From a virus (Duplodnaviria; Caudoviricetes): DNA of 64,000 nucleotides. Shown one piece after another: positions 13,157 through 22,875 of the stretch. Numbering within the stretch: the stretch's first letter is position 1; the number at the start of each line of letters is the position of its first letter. The stretch is taken from IMG/VR virus record IMGVR_UViG_3300029305_003084. One strand, 5' to 3'. Both the position numbers and the translations under genes were made by a program. The notes under the pieces are model-generated. The model saw only the letters and a list, made by a program, of their open reading frames with translations. It did not search any database and had not been told where the DNA came from.

Positions 13157-14184
13157 ATGAATATGAAACTAAAGTAGAAATTGTTGATAAATTATTAAGC
13201 TTACCATATGCTCATCGAGTTAATCATAATCAGATTGCATTACGATGTGCATTTTGTGGAGATTCTAAAAAAGACCCACGAAAGACAAGATTTTATGTGC
13301 AAACTAATATAAATTCTGATATACCTATGTTGTACAATTGCTTTAACTGTGGTGTATCAGGTATTATAACCCCTCAAGTATTAAGAACTTTTGAAATTAA
13401 TGATCTATCATTAAATAGTAGTTTATTATCATTGAATAAATCGATTAGTCATAAATCAGCAAAGTCATTAAAAATAAAAGATAATAAATTATCATTAAAA
13501 GTTCCTATTCCATTAAATACAAAAAATAATAAAGATAAAAAACTATATATTGAAAATAGACTAGGGCGACAGTTTACTACAGATGAATTAGTTCAGTTGA
13601 AAACTATATTCAGTCTTGAGCAATTATTGGTAAAAAATAATATCAATGAATTAACATGTAATTCAGACGTTGCAAATTTATTAAATGATGAGTATGTTGG
13701 TTTTTTAACAGTAGATAATGGGCATATAATATATCGGGATATTACCAATAAAAATAAATTCAGATATAATAAATATTCAATTATACCAACATTGGATACA
13801 TCTAAGAAGTTTTATACAATCCCAAATCAGATTGATATAGTTTCTTCTGAACCAATATATATCCATATTGCTGAAGGAATTTTTGATATACTTGGTGTAT
13901 ATTATCATATTAAAAATGAGAAAAAAAAGAACCATATATACATTGCATCGTGCGATAGTTCATTTTTATTACCATTAAAATATTTTATTGGTAATGGGTT
14001 GATTGGTGACAATATACATATTGAGATGTATTCAGATAGTGATCATGAACCATATTTTTATCATAAGTTAAATAAAGAATTAAAACCCTGGGTTAACAGT
14101 ATTAAATTATTTTATAATTCAAAAGAAAAAGATTTTGGTGTTCCAAAATCCTCCATTAATTTAATCAAAAAAACGATCCCTTAA
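13144..14184 (+). CDS. DNA primase
   Basis: N-terminal zinc finger CAFCGDS..CFNC; TOPRIM motifs AEGIFD, DSD, KDFG. Confidence 0.8.
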   Translation: MSNVNEYETKVEIVDKLLSLPYAHRVNHNQIALRCAFCGDSKKDPRKTRFYVQTNINSDIPMLYNCFNCGVSGIITPQVLRTFEINDLSLNSSLLSLNKSISHKSAKSLKIKDNKLSLKVPIPLNTKNNKDKKLYIENRLGRQFTTDELVQLKTIFSLEQLLVKNNINELTCNSDVANLLNDEYVGFLTVDNGHIIYRDITNKNKFRYNKYSIIPTLDTSKKFYTIPNQIDIVSSEPIYIHIAEGIFDILGVYYHIKNEKKKNHIYIASCDSSFLLPLKYFIGNGLIGDNIHIEMYSDSDHEPYFYHKLNKELKPWVNSIKLFYNSKEKDFGVPKSSINLIKKTIP

Positions 14185-14344
14185 GACTGGATGAGCAACC
14201 AGTCTTAAGGGATATATTATGGAGGAATAAAACGAACAATGAAGAAAACCGAAAGAAAAAAAAATAAAGAAGTGAGTAGTCTTCTTTATCTTAATGTTAT
14301 ATTTTTTATCGTCCCGTTAACAATTAATTAAAATGAATAAATAG

Positions 14345-15544
14345 GTGGTGAGGTTTTTGGGACAGATAATCAGTGATAAAAAATTTATTAATGATAATAT
14401 TTTTAAATATGAACAAAGATTAGAATCTCAATATACTATTTTTTTAGATAATACACCAACATTTGTTACATATTATCATATTAATAATGTTAATAGTATT
14501 ACTGATACAGGATTATTAAACGTAGATAATATCCTAGGTCCAAATTCGCCTCTAAAATATCAGTTAATTAAAGACTTTCCAATTTATGGAATTGATCAAA
14601 TAAAATTAGATCTTGCTGAAGAAGAGGAAGGTTTAACGAGTAGTTATGATGGTGAAGGTATTATTCTTCCAAATACAGTTAAGCCTTTACCAAATGATAT
14701 GTTCCATGTATCATATTTAGATAAAGACTACCTGTTTATGGTAACAAATATTGAATATGATACTATTAAAAGTAATAACTTTTATAGAATAGGATTTACA
14801 TTACGTTCATTAGATACAGATGAACATGATTTATTAGATCATCAAGTATTTGAAAAATACGTATGTAATTTCAACAATATTGGAACTGATGATAAATGTA
14901 TTATTGAAGAAGATTCTTATATACTTATCCAAGAATTAGAGAAAGTATGCACACTAATATCTGATAGATATAAGACCCTGTTCTATAGTAAAAAATTTAA
15001 TAGTTTTATTTTTTCTTATGATAATAATATAATTTATGATCAATTCTTATCTCATTTTATTATGAATAATCATATATTTTATAAAGATGATGATTATGAT
15101 TCATTGGTATTGACAAATGAGGATTATGGAATTCAATTCCCAATACTATATGATGAATCAATTTATCGTACAATAGAAACTCGGAACATAGATAATTTAG
15201 AATATATTCGATATATTACTACATCTATAACATATCAGAACTCTATATTTTTTTATTATAATAAATTAGATAATGTTCGTTCAGTATATTTTATGGATGT
15301 TGGTGATCAAGAGTATATTTCAGATAATATAATCAATTTAATTCAACAAAAACAAATTCCTCATGGAACTGATATTTTAGATGAACTGTTCATATCATAT
15401 TTTATAAATGATGATAATATTTATAATATTGATATAGATAGATTAAAGCATTTTAGATTACGGTATACATTTGATATTTTTATAAAAATTCCTATGGTAT
15501 TATATATTATACGTAGCATTATTAATAATTATATGCACGTCTAA
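14345..15544 (+). CDS. Hypothetical protein, possibly virion structural
   Basis: 399-aa ORF preceded by AACA-N6-TA motif at 14319. Confidence 0.6.
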   Translation: MVRFLGQIISDKKFINDNIFKYEQRLESQYTIFLDNTPTFVTYYHINNVNSITDTGLLNVDNILGPNSPLKYQLIKDFPIYGIDQIKLDLAEEEEGLTSSYDGEGIILPNTVKPLPNDMFHVSYLDKDYLFMVTNIEYDTIKSNNFYRIGFTLRSLDTDEHDLLDHQVFEKYVCNFNNIGTDDKCIIEEDSYILIQELEKVCTLISDRYKTLFYSKKFNSFIFSYDNNIIYDQFLSHFIMNNHIFYKDDDYDSLVLTNEDYGIQFPILYDESIYRTIETRNIDNLEYIRYITTSITYQNSIFFYYNKLDNVRSVYFMDVGDQEYISDNIINLIQQKQIPHGTDILDELFISYFINDDNIYNIDIDRLKHFRLRYTFDIFIKIPMVLYIIRSIINNYMHV

Positions 15545-15587
15545 AAAACATTCATATAATAATGTACATGAAAGGAGTATCCTTACT

Positions 15588-16121
15588 ATGCTAAATGATT
15601 TAAAGAGATATATTAATAAAGATAATGAGTTTACTTCTGCTCTAGAAGCAACTGCATATGCTGTTATTGAGAATGATATCGATGATATCAAGTCTGCTTT
15701 TTTAGATAACCCTGAAGTACGAATGATCGGTGTTGAGAATGATCCTGAAATTAAGAAATTAGTTGATGCTATTCCCCCTGTAGATGGTGATGTATCTACT
15801 ATGGATATTTCTCAAATGATTGAAAACTTTATCCCTGGTGACGTTGATGGTGAAGATGTTAATGAGTCTTCTGTTGAGGAAGAGGTATCAGAATCTTCTA
15901 CTGATGACGAACTACTAGAAGCAGAAATTGAAGATGTATATTATGACGGTGAGTATTTAGCTGAAGATTTAGATTTCGATAGTACATTTGAACCTGAAGT
16001 TGAAGATGTTGATATGAATGATCGTGACGATCTATCTGATGCTAAGGATAATATCACTTATCCTGATAACTGTAATGAAAATTTTATGATTGATGACTTC
16101 GATGAATTTGAAAATTTTTAA
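15588..16121 (+). CDS. Highly acidic hypothetical protein
   Basis: 177 aa, D/E-rich, AAGGAG RBS, late-type motif at 15547. Confidence 0.65.
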   Translation: MLNDLKRYINKDNEFTSALEATAYAVIENDIDDIKSAFLDNPEVRMIGVENDPEIKKLVDAIPPVDGDVSTMDISQMIENFIPGDVDGEDVNESSVEEEVSESSTDDELLEAEIEDVYYDGEYLAEDLDFDSTFEPEVEDVDMNDRDDLSDAKDNITYPDNCNENFMIDDFDEFENF

Positions 16122-16137
16122 TGATTAATATATCAAT

Positions 16138-16560
16138 ATGAAAGGATGTACTACAATGAAGACCAATAAGAAGCGTATTAAAATTTTAAGTACTGGTATG
16201 ATTAAAGTCCATGGATTTATTAATGGTCCTGTACTTACCCCTTACTATGAAGATATCGGCGTTATTATTAAAATGCTAACTGCTGGTGTTAAAGTAGTTG
16301 AGGTTGCAGATAATGGTGCTGAGACTTTACTAACTGTTTCTAGTGTTCTTGCAGATAGTGAAAAGCAAGAAAAGGAACAGGTTGAAGAAGTAAAGGTTGA
16401 AGAAACAGTAGAAGAGGTTGTTGAAGAAGTAGTGGAAGAGGTTAAAGTTGAAGAACCTGAAACCTCCGATGAGCAGGTAATGGAAGAAAATGTCCCTACT
16501 ACTCAGAAGAATACTAATAACAACTATAATTATAAAAAAAATAATAAGCATAAGAAATAA
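16138..16560 (+). CDS. Hypothetical protein with EEV-rich low-complexity tail
   Basis: ORF followed by hairpin terminator; start may be the second ATG at 16156. Confidence 0.6.
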   Translation: MKGCTTMKTNKKRIKILSTGMIKVHGFINGPVLTPYYEDIGVIIKMLTAGVKVVEVADNGAETLLTVSSVLADSEKQEKEQVEEVKVEETVEEVVEEVVEEVKVEEPETSDEQVMEENVPTTQKNTNNNYNYKKNNKHKK

Positions 16561-16617
16561 AATAATAAGACTAGTAGATAATCAGTTGCGATTATCTACT
16601 AGTCTTTTTTTAATTAC

Positions 16618-16719
16618 TTAATACTCAAATCCCATTGTTGTACCATCTAATGGGATATCATCAATCTCGTCATCATTATTTCTAATAATATCAAATTCTT
16701 TTTCCTTGTTATCCAGCAT
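16618..16719 (-). CDS. Small acidic peptide (33 aa), not in ORF track
   Basis: MLDNKEKEFDIIRNNDDEIDDIPLDGTTMGFEY after AAGGAGG. Confidence 0.4.
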   Translation of the reverse strand: MLDNKEKEFDIIRNNDDEIDDIPLDGTTMGFEY

Positions 16720-16826
16720 AGTTAGCTTGGCCTCCTTAAATAATTTGAAGACTTTCAGGAGTATTCCCAAAACTAACATTTTTGCAAGATACTATTTTAA
16801 AATGTTATGTTACTAATATTGATCAT

Positions 16827-16961
16827 TTATAGATCTTTCATCCATGGCGGTAGATTTGATTTGTTTACCGGTTTATAATCTTTACAAATCATTTTCTTTA
16901 ACCATGACAATGTTTTTCGCTTACTGCAATTCTTATATAATATACAGTTTTCGCATTTCAT
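16827..16961 (-). CDS. Small Cys-rich protein (44 aa), not in ORF track
   Basis: MKCENCILYKNC..ICKDY after AAAGGTGG; CxxC-x5-C motif shared with neighbours. Confidence 0.55.
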   Translation of the reverse strand: MKCENCILYKNCSKRKTLSWLKKMICKDYKPVNKSNLPPWMKDL

Positions 16962-16975
16962 CTAACATTCCACCT

Positions 16976-17278
16976 TTAGAATGTAAATTTATAACCCTTT
17001 TCAGTGTGTTCGGAAGATCCTTTCTCAATGATCTGTTCAAACCCCAATTCCTTCAATGCATTATCAACATCATCTTTACTCATTTGGAGATCTTCTGCAA
17101 TATTCTTTTTAGAAATCTCCTTGTAGTTGTAGCCATCTAAGAATGTCATAAGATGTAAAAATACTCTTAATTCTTTCTTAGATAAACTGTCGTTATAAAC
17201 CACTTTTTTAAACTGTTCTCTATTAATAGAGATAGTTTCCTTGTGCTGGAAAGTTCGTCTTGTAGTGTTCGTAGCCAT
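16976..17278 (-). CDS. Winged helix-turn-helix DNA-binding protein
   Basis: LSKKELRVFLHL..ISKKNIAEDLQMSKDDVDNALKEL pattern. Confidence 0.7.
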   Translation of the reverse strand: MATNTTRRTFQHKETISINREQFKKVVYNDSLSKKELRVFLHLMTFLDGYNYKEISKKNIAEDLQMSKDDVDNALKELGFEQIIEKGSSEHTEKGYKFTF

Positions 17279-17387
17279 TTTTTATTCCTCCAATAATTAA
17301 TTATAAATCTATATACATATTCGTATATACTTATATAATATATATTTATAATCTTTAACTTAACGATTAATCCATAAATGATAAAAT

Positions 17388-18140
17388 TTAAATTAATGCA
17401 TCATCTGTAGCCCAATCAAGAGTTTTCCAACTATTATCAGAAATATTACTCATTTCATCTTTTAATAATCTATATTCTTCTAGTGTTGGATATCTTCTCT
17501 TCCCTAAAGCAACTTCTCTCATATAATACAAAAAAGTTCCTTCTTCAATATCTTGATTATCACATACACATATAGATGTCTCATCAACATATGATAATGA
17601 TCCATCATAATAATGATATTTACCATCATCATTGATACCTTCTAATACATATGAATCACATTCAAATGCACTGTCGATTATATTATTTAAATTTTCCACT
17701 ACAATATATTTACCACCATTATGTTTAGTAGTAACTAAAGTACCAGTATCAATTGACTTATAATTATTATCAAGTACATGTGGATTAATTGTTGTAAAAA
17801 ATTCTATATTTTCAGTAGGCGACTCCCAATTAAAATTAAATACTAATTCATTTATACTATTACCATAATATTCAATATCACATGAATCAGTACATTTAAT
17901 CATATAATCTAATTTATCTTTAGTTGGGATAATCTCTTTCATTTTTCTTCGAATTCTATCTTTAAATTCTTCTACTGATTGAGATATGATGTGTTTATCA
18001 GTAAAAGCATATATTTTAACATCACTATATTTAGTATATGGGTCTATATGATCATGAATATATTCAAATAATTTATCAATATCATTTGTAGAATAAACAA
18101 GGTCAATTTCTTTTATATGTACAGTATATATAATATCCAT
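17388..18140 (-). CDS. Hypothetical protein
   Basis: 250-aa ORF coupled to upstream stop. Confidence 0.6.
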   Translation of the reverse strand: MDIIYTVHIKEIDLVYSTNDIDKLFEYIHDHIDPYTKYSDVKIYAFTDKHIISQSVEEFKDRIRRKMKEIIPTKDKLDYMIKCTDSCDIEYYGNSINELVFNFNWESPTENIEFFTTINPHVLDNNYKSIDTGTLVTTKHNGGKYIVVENLNNIIDSAFECDSYVLEGINDDGKYHYYDGSLSYVDETSICVCDNQDIEEGTFLYYMREVALGKRRYPTLEEYRLLKDEMSNISDNSWKTLDWATDDALI

Positions 18141-18667
18141 TAATATTTACCTCTTAATTTAAGTAACTTTTCTCTATTATGTTCACTTCTTTTATTACCC
18201 TTTAGTTTTAAAAACTCCTCATATTTTTCATCTAATTTATCCATATTAATATTTTCTGGATGTTCACGATATTGTCTACAATAATCATGAAGTTCTTCAC
18301 ATGCATAATTAACAAATTCTTCAACTAATTTAATATGTTTAGAATTAATATCTTTTAATTGATCTTTACAATCATTACTAAACTTAGACATTTCTCCATT
18401 CGAATGTAGTATAATGAATGGATCATTCTTTCTCTTTCTACCATCAAATGATACTTTAACTCTATCGGAGTTTTTATGTTTTGCAGTATCATCTTCAGGA
18501 AAATAAATTCTAATAATATTTATTCGTTTATCCAAATCTCTATCTAAAATAACACCGTCCTTAGTTTGTCCACCATATGCTTCTTCAGCAATAAAATAAT
18601 CTGTTCCAGAACATTCAATAATTAAAGACCAATCGGTTTCTTCCATATAGTTTTTATTAAAGATCAT
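18140..18667 (-). CDS. Hypothetical protein
   Basis: 175 aa, AAAGGAAG RBS, promoter motif upstream. Confidence 0.6.
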   Translation of the reverse strand: MIFNKNYMEETDWSLIIECSGTDYFIAEEAYGGQTKDGVILDRDLDKRINIIRIYFPEDDTAKHKNSDRVKVSFDGRKRKNDPFIILHSNGEMSKFSNDCKDQLKDINSKHIKLVEEFVNYACEELHDYCRQYREHPENINMDKLDEKYEEFLKLKGNKRSEHNREKLLKLRGKY

Positions 18668-18767
18668 AATATTTAACTTCCTTTCTTATTTTTTATTTAT
18701 ACTAGTAGATATAATATTTCATTATATCTACTAGTATAATATATAATTATAATATTTAAATTAACGA

Positions 18768-19241
18768 TTAATCCATAAATGATTTAATTGTCTTAGAATC
18801 TGTAGGATCATAAACTGCATTTTCATAAGCTAAACTATGTACTTTATCATGATCCAATTCGTGATCTAGTTTATTAGTATAAGTGGTTTTAGTATTTTCA
18901 GCAACCATCTGATATTCCTTTACAGTATCAGTCAATTCCGAATGTTTAGTAATACCGTCAATACCATTACCAGTTGTAGACGCGCTATCAAAACAAACAG
19001 TCTCAGTATAAGGCTCATTTGTCAGAGTTCCTGTTGATCTGACTGCAGACGTCGATCCAGTCAAAGTAGTATTATAAAAATATGCGTCATAATGCTTACA
19101 TTTACATACAACTGAAAGTAAATGTTCTGGATCCTCATAACTAAAACTGGATAGCTTAGAATGCATATCTTGCATTAATCCACGATACTTACAAACATGT
19201 GTATGTTTACAGCTATTACATAACATCGTTTCAATCTTCAT
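18768..19241 (-). CDS. Hypothetical protein with N-terminal CxxC-x5-C motif
   Basis: LCNSCKHTHVC..CKHY; AGGAGG RBS. Confidence 0.6.
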   Translation of the reverse strand: MKIETMLCNSCKHTHVCKYRGLMQDMHSKLSSFSYEDPEHLLSVVCKCKHYDAYFYNTTLTGSTSAVRSTGTLTNEPYTETVCFDSASTTGNGIDGITKHSELTDTVKEYQMVAENTKTTYTNKLDHELDHDKVHSLAYENAVYDPTDSKTIKSFMD

Positions 19242-19257
19242 AATATTTTCCTCCTAA

Positions 19258-19470
19258 TTAATTTAAAAAGTATTTATCGATAGTTCCAAATATTGGAGAT
19301 GTAAATTTATACGTTAAATCAATTGAACATAAATTATTATATTCACTCATCGGTATAATTACGTTGAATACTAGATATTTGTCATCTAGTGAAATTACAT
19401 TTTTACTACACATATTTTTATATACATCACATGAGTATCGCCTTATACAATACTTACATACAGTATGCAT
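19258..19470 (-). CDS. Small protein with CxxC-x5-C motif
   Basis: VCKYCIRRYSC; AAGGTGA RBS. Confidence 0.55.
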   Translation of the reverse strand: MHTVCKYCIRRYSCDVYKNMCSKNVISLDDKYLVFNVIIPMSEYNNLCSIDLTYKFTSPIFGTIDKYFLN

Positions 19471-19485
19471 ATATTAATATCACCT

Positions 19486-20946
19486 TCATTCATTATTCCA
19501 ATTCTTTTTATTCATTAAATCAATTGTTAATATCTTTTTACATTTCTTTTTAAATACAGGAAGCCTTTTCGTATACATCGTGTATGCGTAAGGAAATCCT
19601 CTATCAATTAATTCTACATAAAATGTATTGTCTGAATCAGAATACTCTCTTAATCTTCCAGGAATTTGATCTGCTTGTACTTTAGACGAGTACGCTTCTG
19701 TCATAATAACGGTTCGCAATCCTTTAATATCAACACCAGTTCCAGCAGATTTAGGAGTAGTGCTAATAATATCAGCATTCATAGCCTGTTCTTTTGCAAA
19801 ATCAGTAAGCTTTGAATGTAAAGATGCTACGTTATATTCTGGTAAATAATCTTTAATATATTCAGTAATCTTTTCAACTAACTCTATTGTCGTTGATAGA
19901 ATTAAAATTTTACCTTCATAGGTTATAAAATACTTCACAGCATATAATAATGCATTGAAAAACTCATCATCCTGTAATTGATATGCCGCAAACTTATTTT
20001 TATTCCATCCTCGTACTGTATGCATAGAACCCTGATCAACTATACTTGGATTAGAATTATACATAACACCTAAAAACATGATATGTTTACGCAAATCTTT
20101 CTTAAGAATTTCTCCATATTTAATCACATTTTTAAAGCATCGATTAAACAATTTATTCTGTTCATTATCGGAGCGTTCAAATGTTGCAGTAAGATAAATC
20201 GTTCTTTTCGTATTTGTATTTAAATCAATTCTCATCGTATTTTCAAAATTTAAATGAGCTTCATCAAATACTTTTACACCAATTTTAAGAAATTGAAAAA
20301 GTTCATGGACTCTATCCCATCCATGAGATTTACCATAAGCATTTAATGTACCATGATTTACAATATAAACTTTATAAGGCAATTTCTTCATTCTATATAA
20401 CCGATTAATAGCAGATGATGAGTCAATATCATATATCTGCAAATCATTAACATCTGTCATATTAATGAATGTTTCATACCATTGTTTTTTAATTTTATCA
20501 ATTGGTGTGATGACCATAATTTTAGTATTAAAGAATTGAGATGCTGCACAAGTTACATATGTCTTACCTGCTCCTGTTGCAAGAGTTAATGCGAGTTGAC
20601 TATACTTCGATGTGTATTCAAAACCCTGTTGACCAACTAGATATGCAATTGATTTTCTCTGCACATCATCTTTTGGGAAAACTTTAGTTTTAATACTACA
20701 TTTATCATATGGATCAGGATAATAATCCATAATAGATGTACTATCTAATAGTTTTTCAACATATAAAACATCTATTCCTCTAGGAACGCGAAGTTGTCGT
20801 TTTATTGAATCATAAAAATATCCCATAGGAATAAGACTAAACGTAGGTTTATCCCATATAGATAGATATTTTTCTAATTTAGGACAATCGCCAAGGTCAT
20901 AATCATTAATTAAAATTCTTGAATGTTGTACAATGATTTTATTCAT
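19486..20946 (-). CDS. Superfamily 2 (DEAH) helicase, UvsW-like
   Basis: Walker A ATGAGKT, DEAH, TAT, G.D and Q..GR..R motifs. Confidence 0.85.
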   Translation of the reverse strand: MNKIIVQHSRILINDYDLGDCPKLEKYLSIWDKPTFSLIPMGYFYDSIKRQLRVPRGIDVLYVEKLLDSTSIMDYYPDPYDKCSIKTKVFPKDDVQRKSIAYLVGQQGFEYTSKYSQLALTLATGAGKTYVTCAASQFFNTKIMVITPIDKIKKQWYETFINMTDVNDLQIYDIDSSSAINRLYRMKKLPYKVYIVNHGTLNAYGKSHGWDRVHELFQFLKIGVKVFDEAHLNFENTMRIDLNTNTKRTIYLTATFERSDNEQNKLFNRCFKNVIKYGEILKKDLRKHIMFLGVMYNSNPSIVDQGSMHTVRGWNKNKFAAYQLQDDEFFNALLYAVKYFITYEGKILILSTTIELVEKITEYIKDYLPEYNVASLHSKLTDFAKEQAMNADIISTTPKSAGTGVDIKGLRTVIMTEAYSSKVQADQIPGRLREYSDSDNTFYVELIDRGFPYAYTMYTKRLPVFKKKCKKILTIDLMNKKNWNNE

Positions 20947-20960
20947 GAAATCATCCTTTA

Positions 20961-21359
20961 TTAAATTTTATATATACTTCTATGATCTTCACTATATGTC
21001 GGTGAGTCTATAAATAGTACTTCTGTATCATAGTCTTCAGCACCTATACTTGATACAATACAATACATATCATAATGATAAAAATCTTTTTCTTTTCTTA
21101 ATTTAGTATACATTGTACATAATGCAGTTTTTAGAATATCTCCAACTTCATCTAATGAAAAATCATTTCTAATCTTTTCTAAAATATCATTCATAGTAAT
21201 ATCCTCAGATTCATTAGTGTTTTGTGGTACACTAGTCGTTGCATCAATAACAGACTCATCACGTTCATAGTAACGTAGATTATTATTTTTGCAGAAATTT
21301 TCATTCTCATCCGCACAAACATACCTTAATCTACAAGTAGCACACGTTCTCATAATCAT
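20961..21359 (-). CDS. Hypothetical protein with CxxC-x5-C motif
   Basis: TCATCRLRYVC; C-terminal half resembles 22621-22869 (NDFSLDEV / DDFSMDEL). Confidence 0.6.
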   Translation of the reverse strand: MIMRTCATCRLRYVCADENENFCKNNNLRYYERDESVIDATTSVPQNTNESEDITMNDILEKIRNDFSLDEVGDILKTALCTMYTKLRKEKDFYHYDMYCIVSSIGAEDYDTEVLFIDSPTYSEDHRSIYKI

Positions 21360-21883
21360 TTCCCTTTCATATAATTATTATATACATGAATAATATCAGA
21401 AATTAAATCATCTAAATAAATATTATGATTAATAGTTAACTTAATACCATATTCATCGTCATTGATTTCTTTAATCCACTTTTTCCAATTCTTACTAAGT
21501 GTTTCAGTAAGACCTTCATATGCTCTTTCTCTTCGATAAATACGGAGCACAATATACTCATGCTTATAACATTTTTCTAGATCAGGATATACTATAACAT
21601 AAGGAATGTTAGCTTCCTTTAATGCATCTCTTACTTCTTTATGAGAAGATACAAATACTAAAGAATTATCTGTATTGACAGCCTTAATATGCTTAATATA
21701 ATTATTCGGAAAATCAGGGTGTCTTCCTTTCGAATGGTCATTTTTATCTATCCATGAATAAGAAGAACTATCGGAATCGTATACTTTAAACATAGTATCA
21801 TGAGTATCTGCCCAAATACTACGGTTATTATAATTTTTTACATAATAACTTTTACCAATCCCAGGAAATCCACACACCACCAT
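21356..21883 (-). CDS. P-loop NTPase / kinase-like protein
   Basis: N-terminal GFPGIGKS Walker A, DSDS motif. Confidence 0.7.
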   Translation of the reverse strand: MVVCGFPGIGKSYYVKNYNNRSIWADTHDTMFKVYDSDSSSYSWIDKNDHSKGRHPDFPNNYIKHIKAVNTDNSLVFVSSHKEVRDALKEANIPYVIVYPDLEKCYKHEYIVLRIYRRERAYEGLTETLSKNWKKWIKEINDDEYGIKLTINHNIYLDDLISDIIHVYNNYMKGK

Positions 21884-21900
21884 AGTTTATTCCTCCAAAT

Positions 21901-22533
21901 TTACTCAATGTTTGATTTATTTAAAATATCTAAATCGGTAGTAATTCTACACCATTCAGTACAATTGTAAATCCAATGAATTACTTTTGCATCAAACAAT
22001 GCATTATGTTTTTGTATATCATCAAATATAGTTTCAAATTCATTTTCAAGAAGTTCCTTTAAAAATTCTTCTCGATTGATATCAAATGCTTCCACATTAC
22101 TACATGATTTCATAATTGCAAGATTATCATTAACATCATATGCAACTGGATTAATAAATCCATTTACGATATCACTTAATGCACCACCAAATAATTCAAG
22201 AAAATGACAAAAATCATAATGACAAACATCACTAACAAATTGGATAGGCATTTCACAATTCATATTCAACCATCGATATAGTTCACGACCAATTTCATAT
22301 GTATTACCTTTCATTCTAAAACCATCTTCAATATAATATAAGCATGATTCAGACTCATTATATTTTAGATTAGTAATTACATTTTCTTTAATCCAATCAG
22401 AACAGGATTCGATATCATAATCATTGAATTCTGCATAAAATGTTTTATCATTATCAAGATAAACACCAATACTGATAGGCTTATCTTTCATAGTAAGACC
22501 CGTCATTTCAAAATCTACATAAATATTACTCAT
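21901..22533 (-). CDS. DEDDh 3'-5' exonuclease / exoribonuclease
   Basis: DFEMTGL, YD, HNALFDA motifs. Confidence 0.8.
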   Translation of the reverse strand: MSNIYVDFEMTGLTMKDKPISIGVYLDNDKTFYAEFNDYDIESCSDWIKENVITNLKYNESESCLYYIEDGFRMKGNTYEIGRELYRWLNMNCEMPIQFVSDVCHYDFCHFLELFGGALSDIVNGFINPVAYDVNDNLAIMKSCSNVEAFDINREEFLKELLENEFETIFDDIQKHNALFDAKVIHWIYNCTEWCRITTDLDILNKSNIE

Positions 22534-22620
22534 ATTATTCGTCCTTTCTTATTTTTATTATATTAATAGGTATAATTATTTCATTATACCTATTAATATA
22601 ATATATAATTAAATTTTATA

Positions 22621-22869
22621 TTAAATATGATACGTATCTAAATGCAATATCCCAGTACCCCAATGTCTATCATAATCCACAAATAATAAATCAACAAACA
22701 TTGGGTCATCACTAAGTTCACATATTAACTTTACATGATCAGAAAATCCCTCAGTTGACAATAAATTTCTATATATTTGAGCCAAAACATAACGCGCCAA
22801 TCTAGATAATTCATCCATAGAAAAATCATCATTAATTATTTGATTAATAATATCATCCATAATATTCAC
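22621..22869 (-). CDS. Hypothetical protein
   Basis: 82 aa, GAGGTG RBS (start may be second Met). Confidence 0.55.
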   Translation of the reverse strand: MNIMDDIINQIINDDFSMDELSRLARYVLAQIYRNLLSTEGFSDHVKLICELSDDPMFVDLLFVDYDRHWGTGILHLDTYHI

Positions 22870-22875
22870 CTCATA

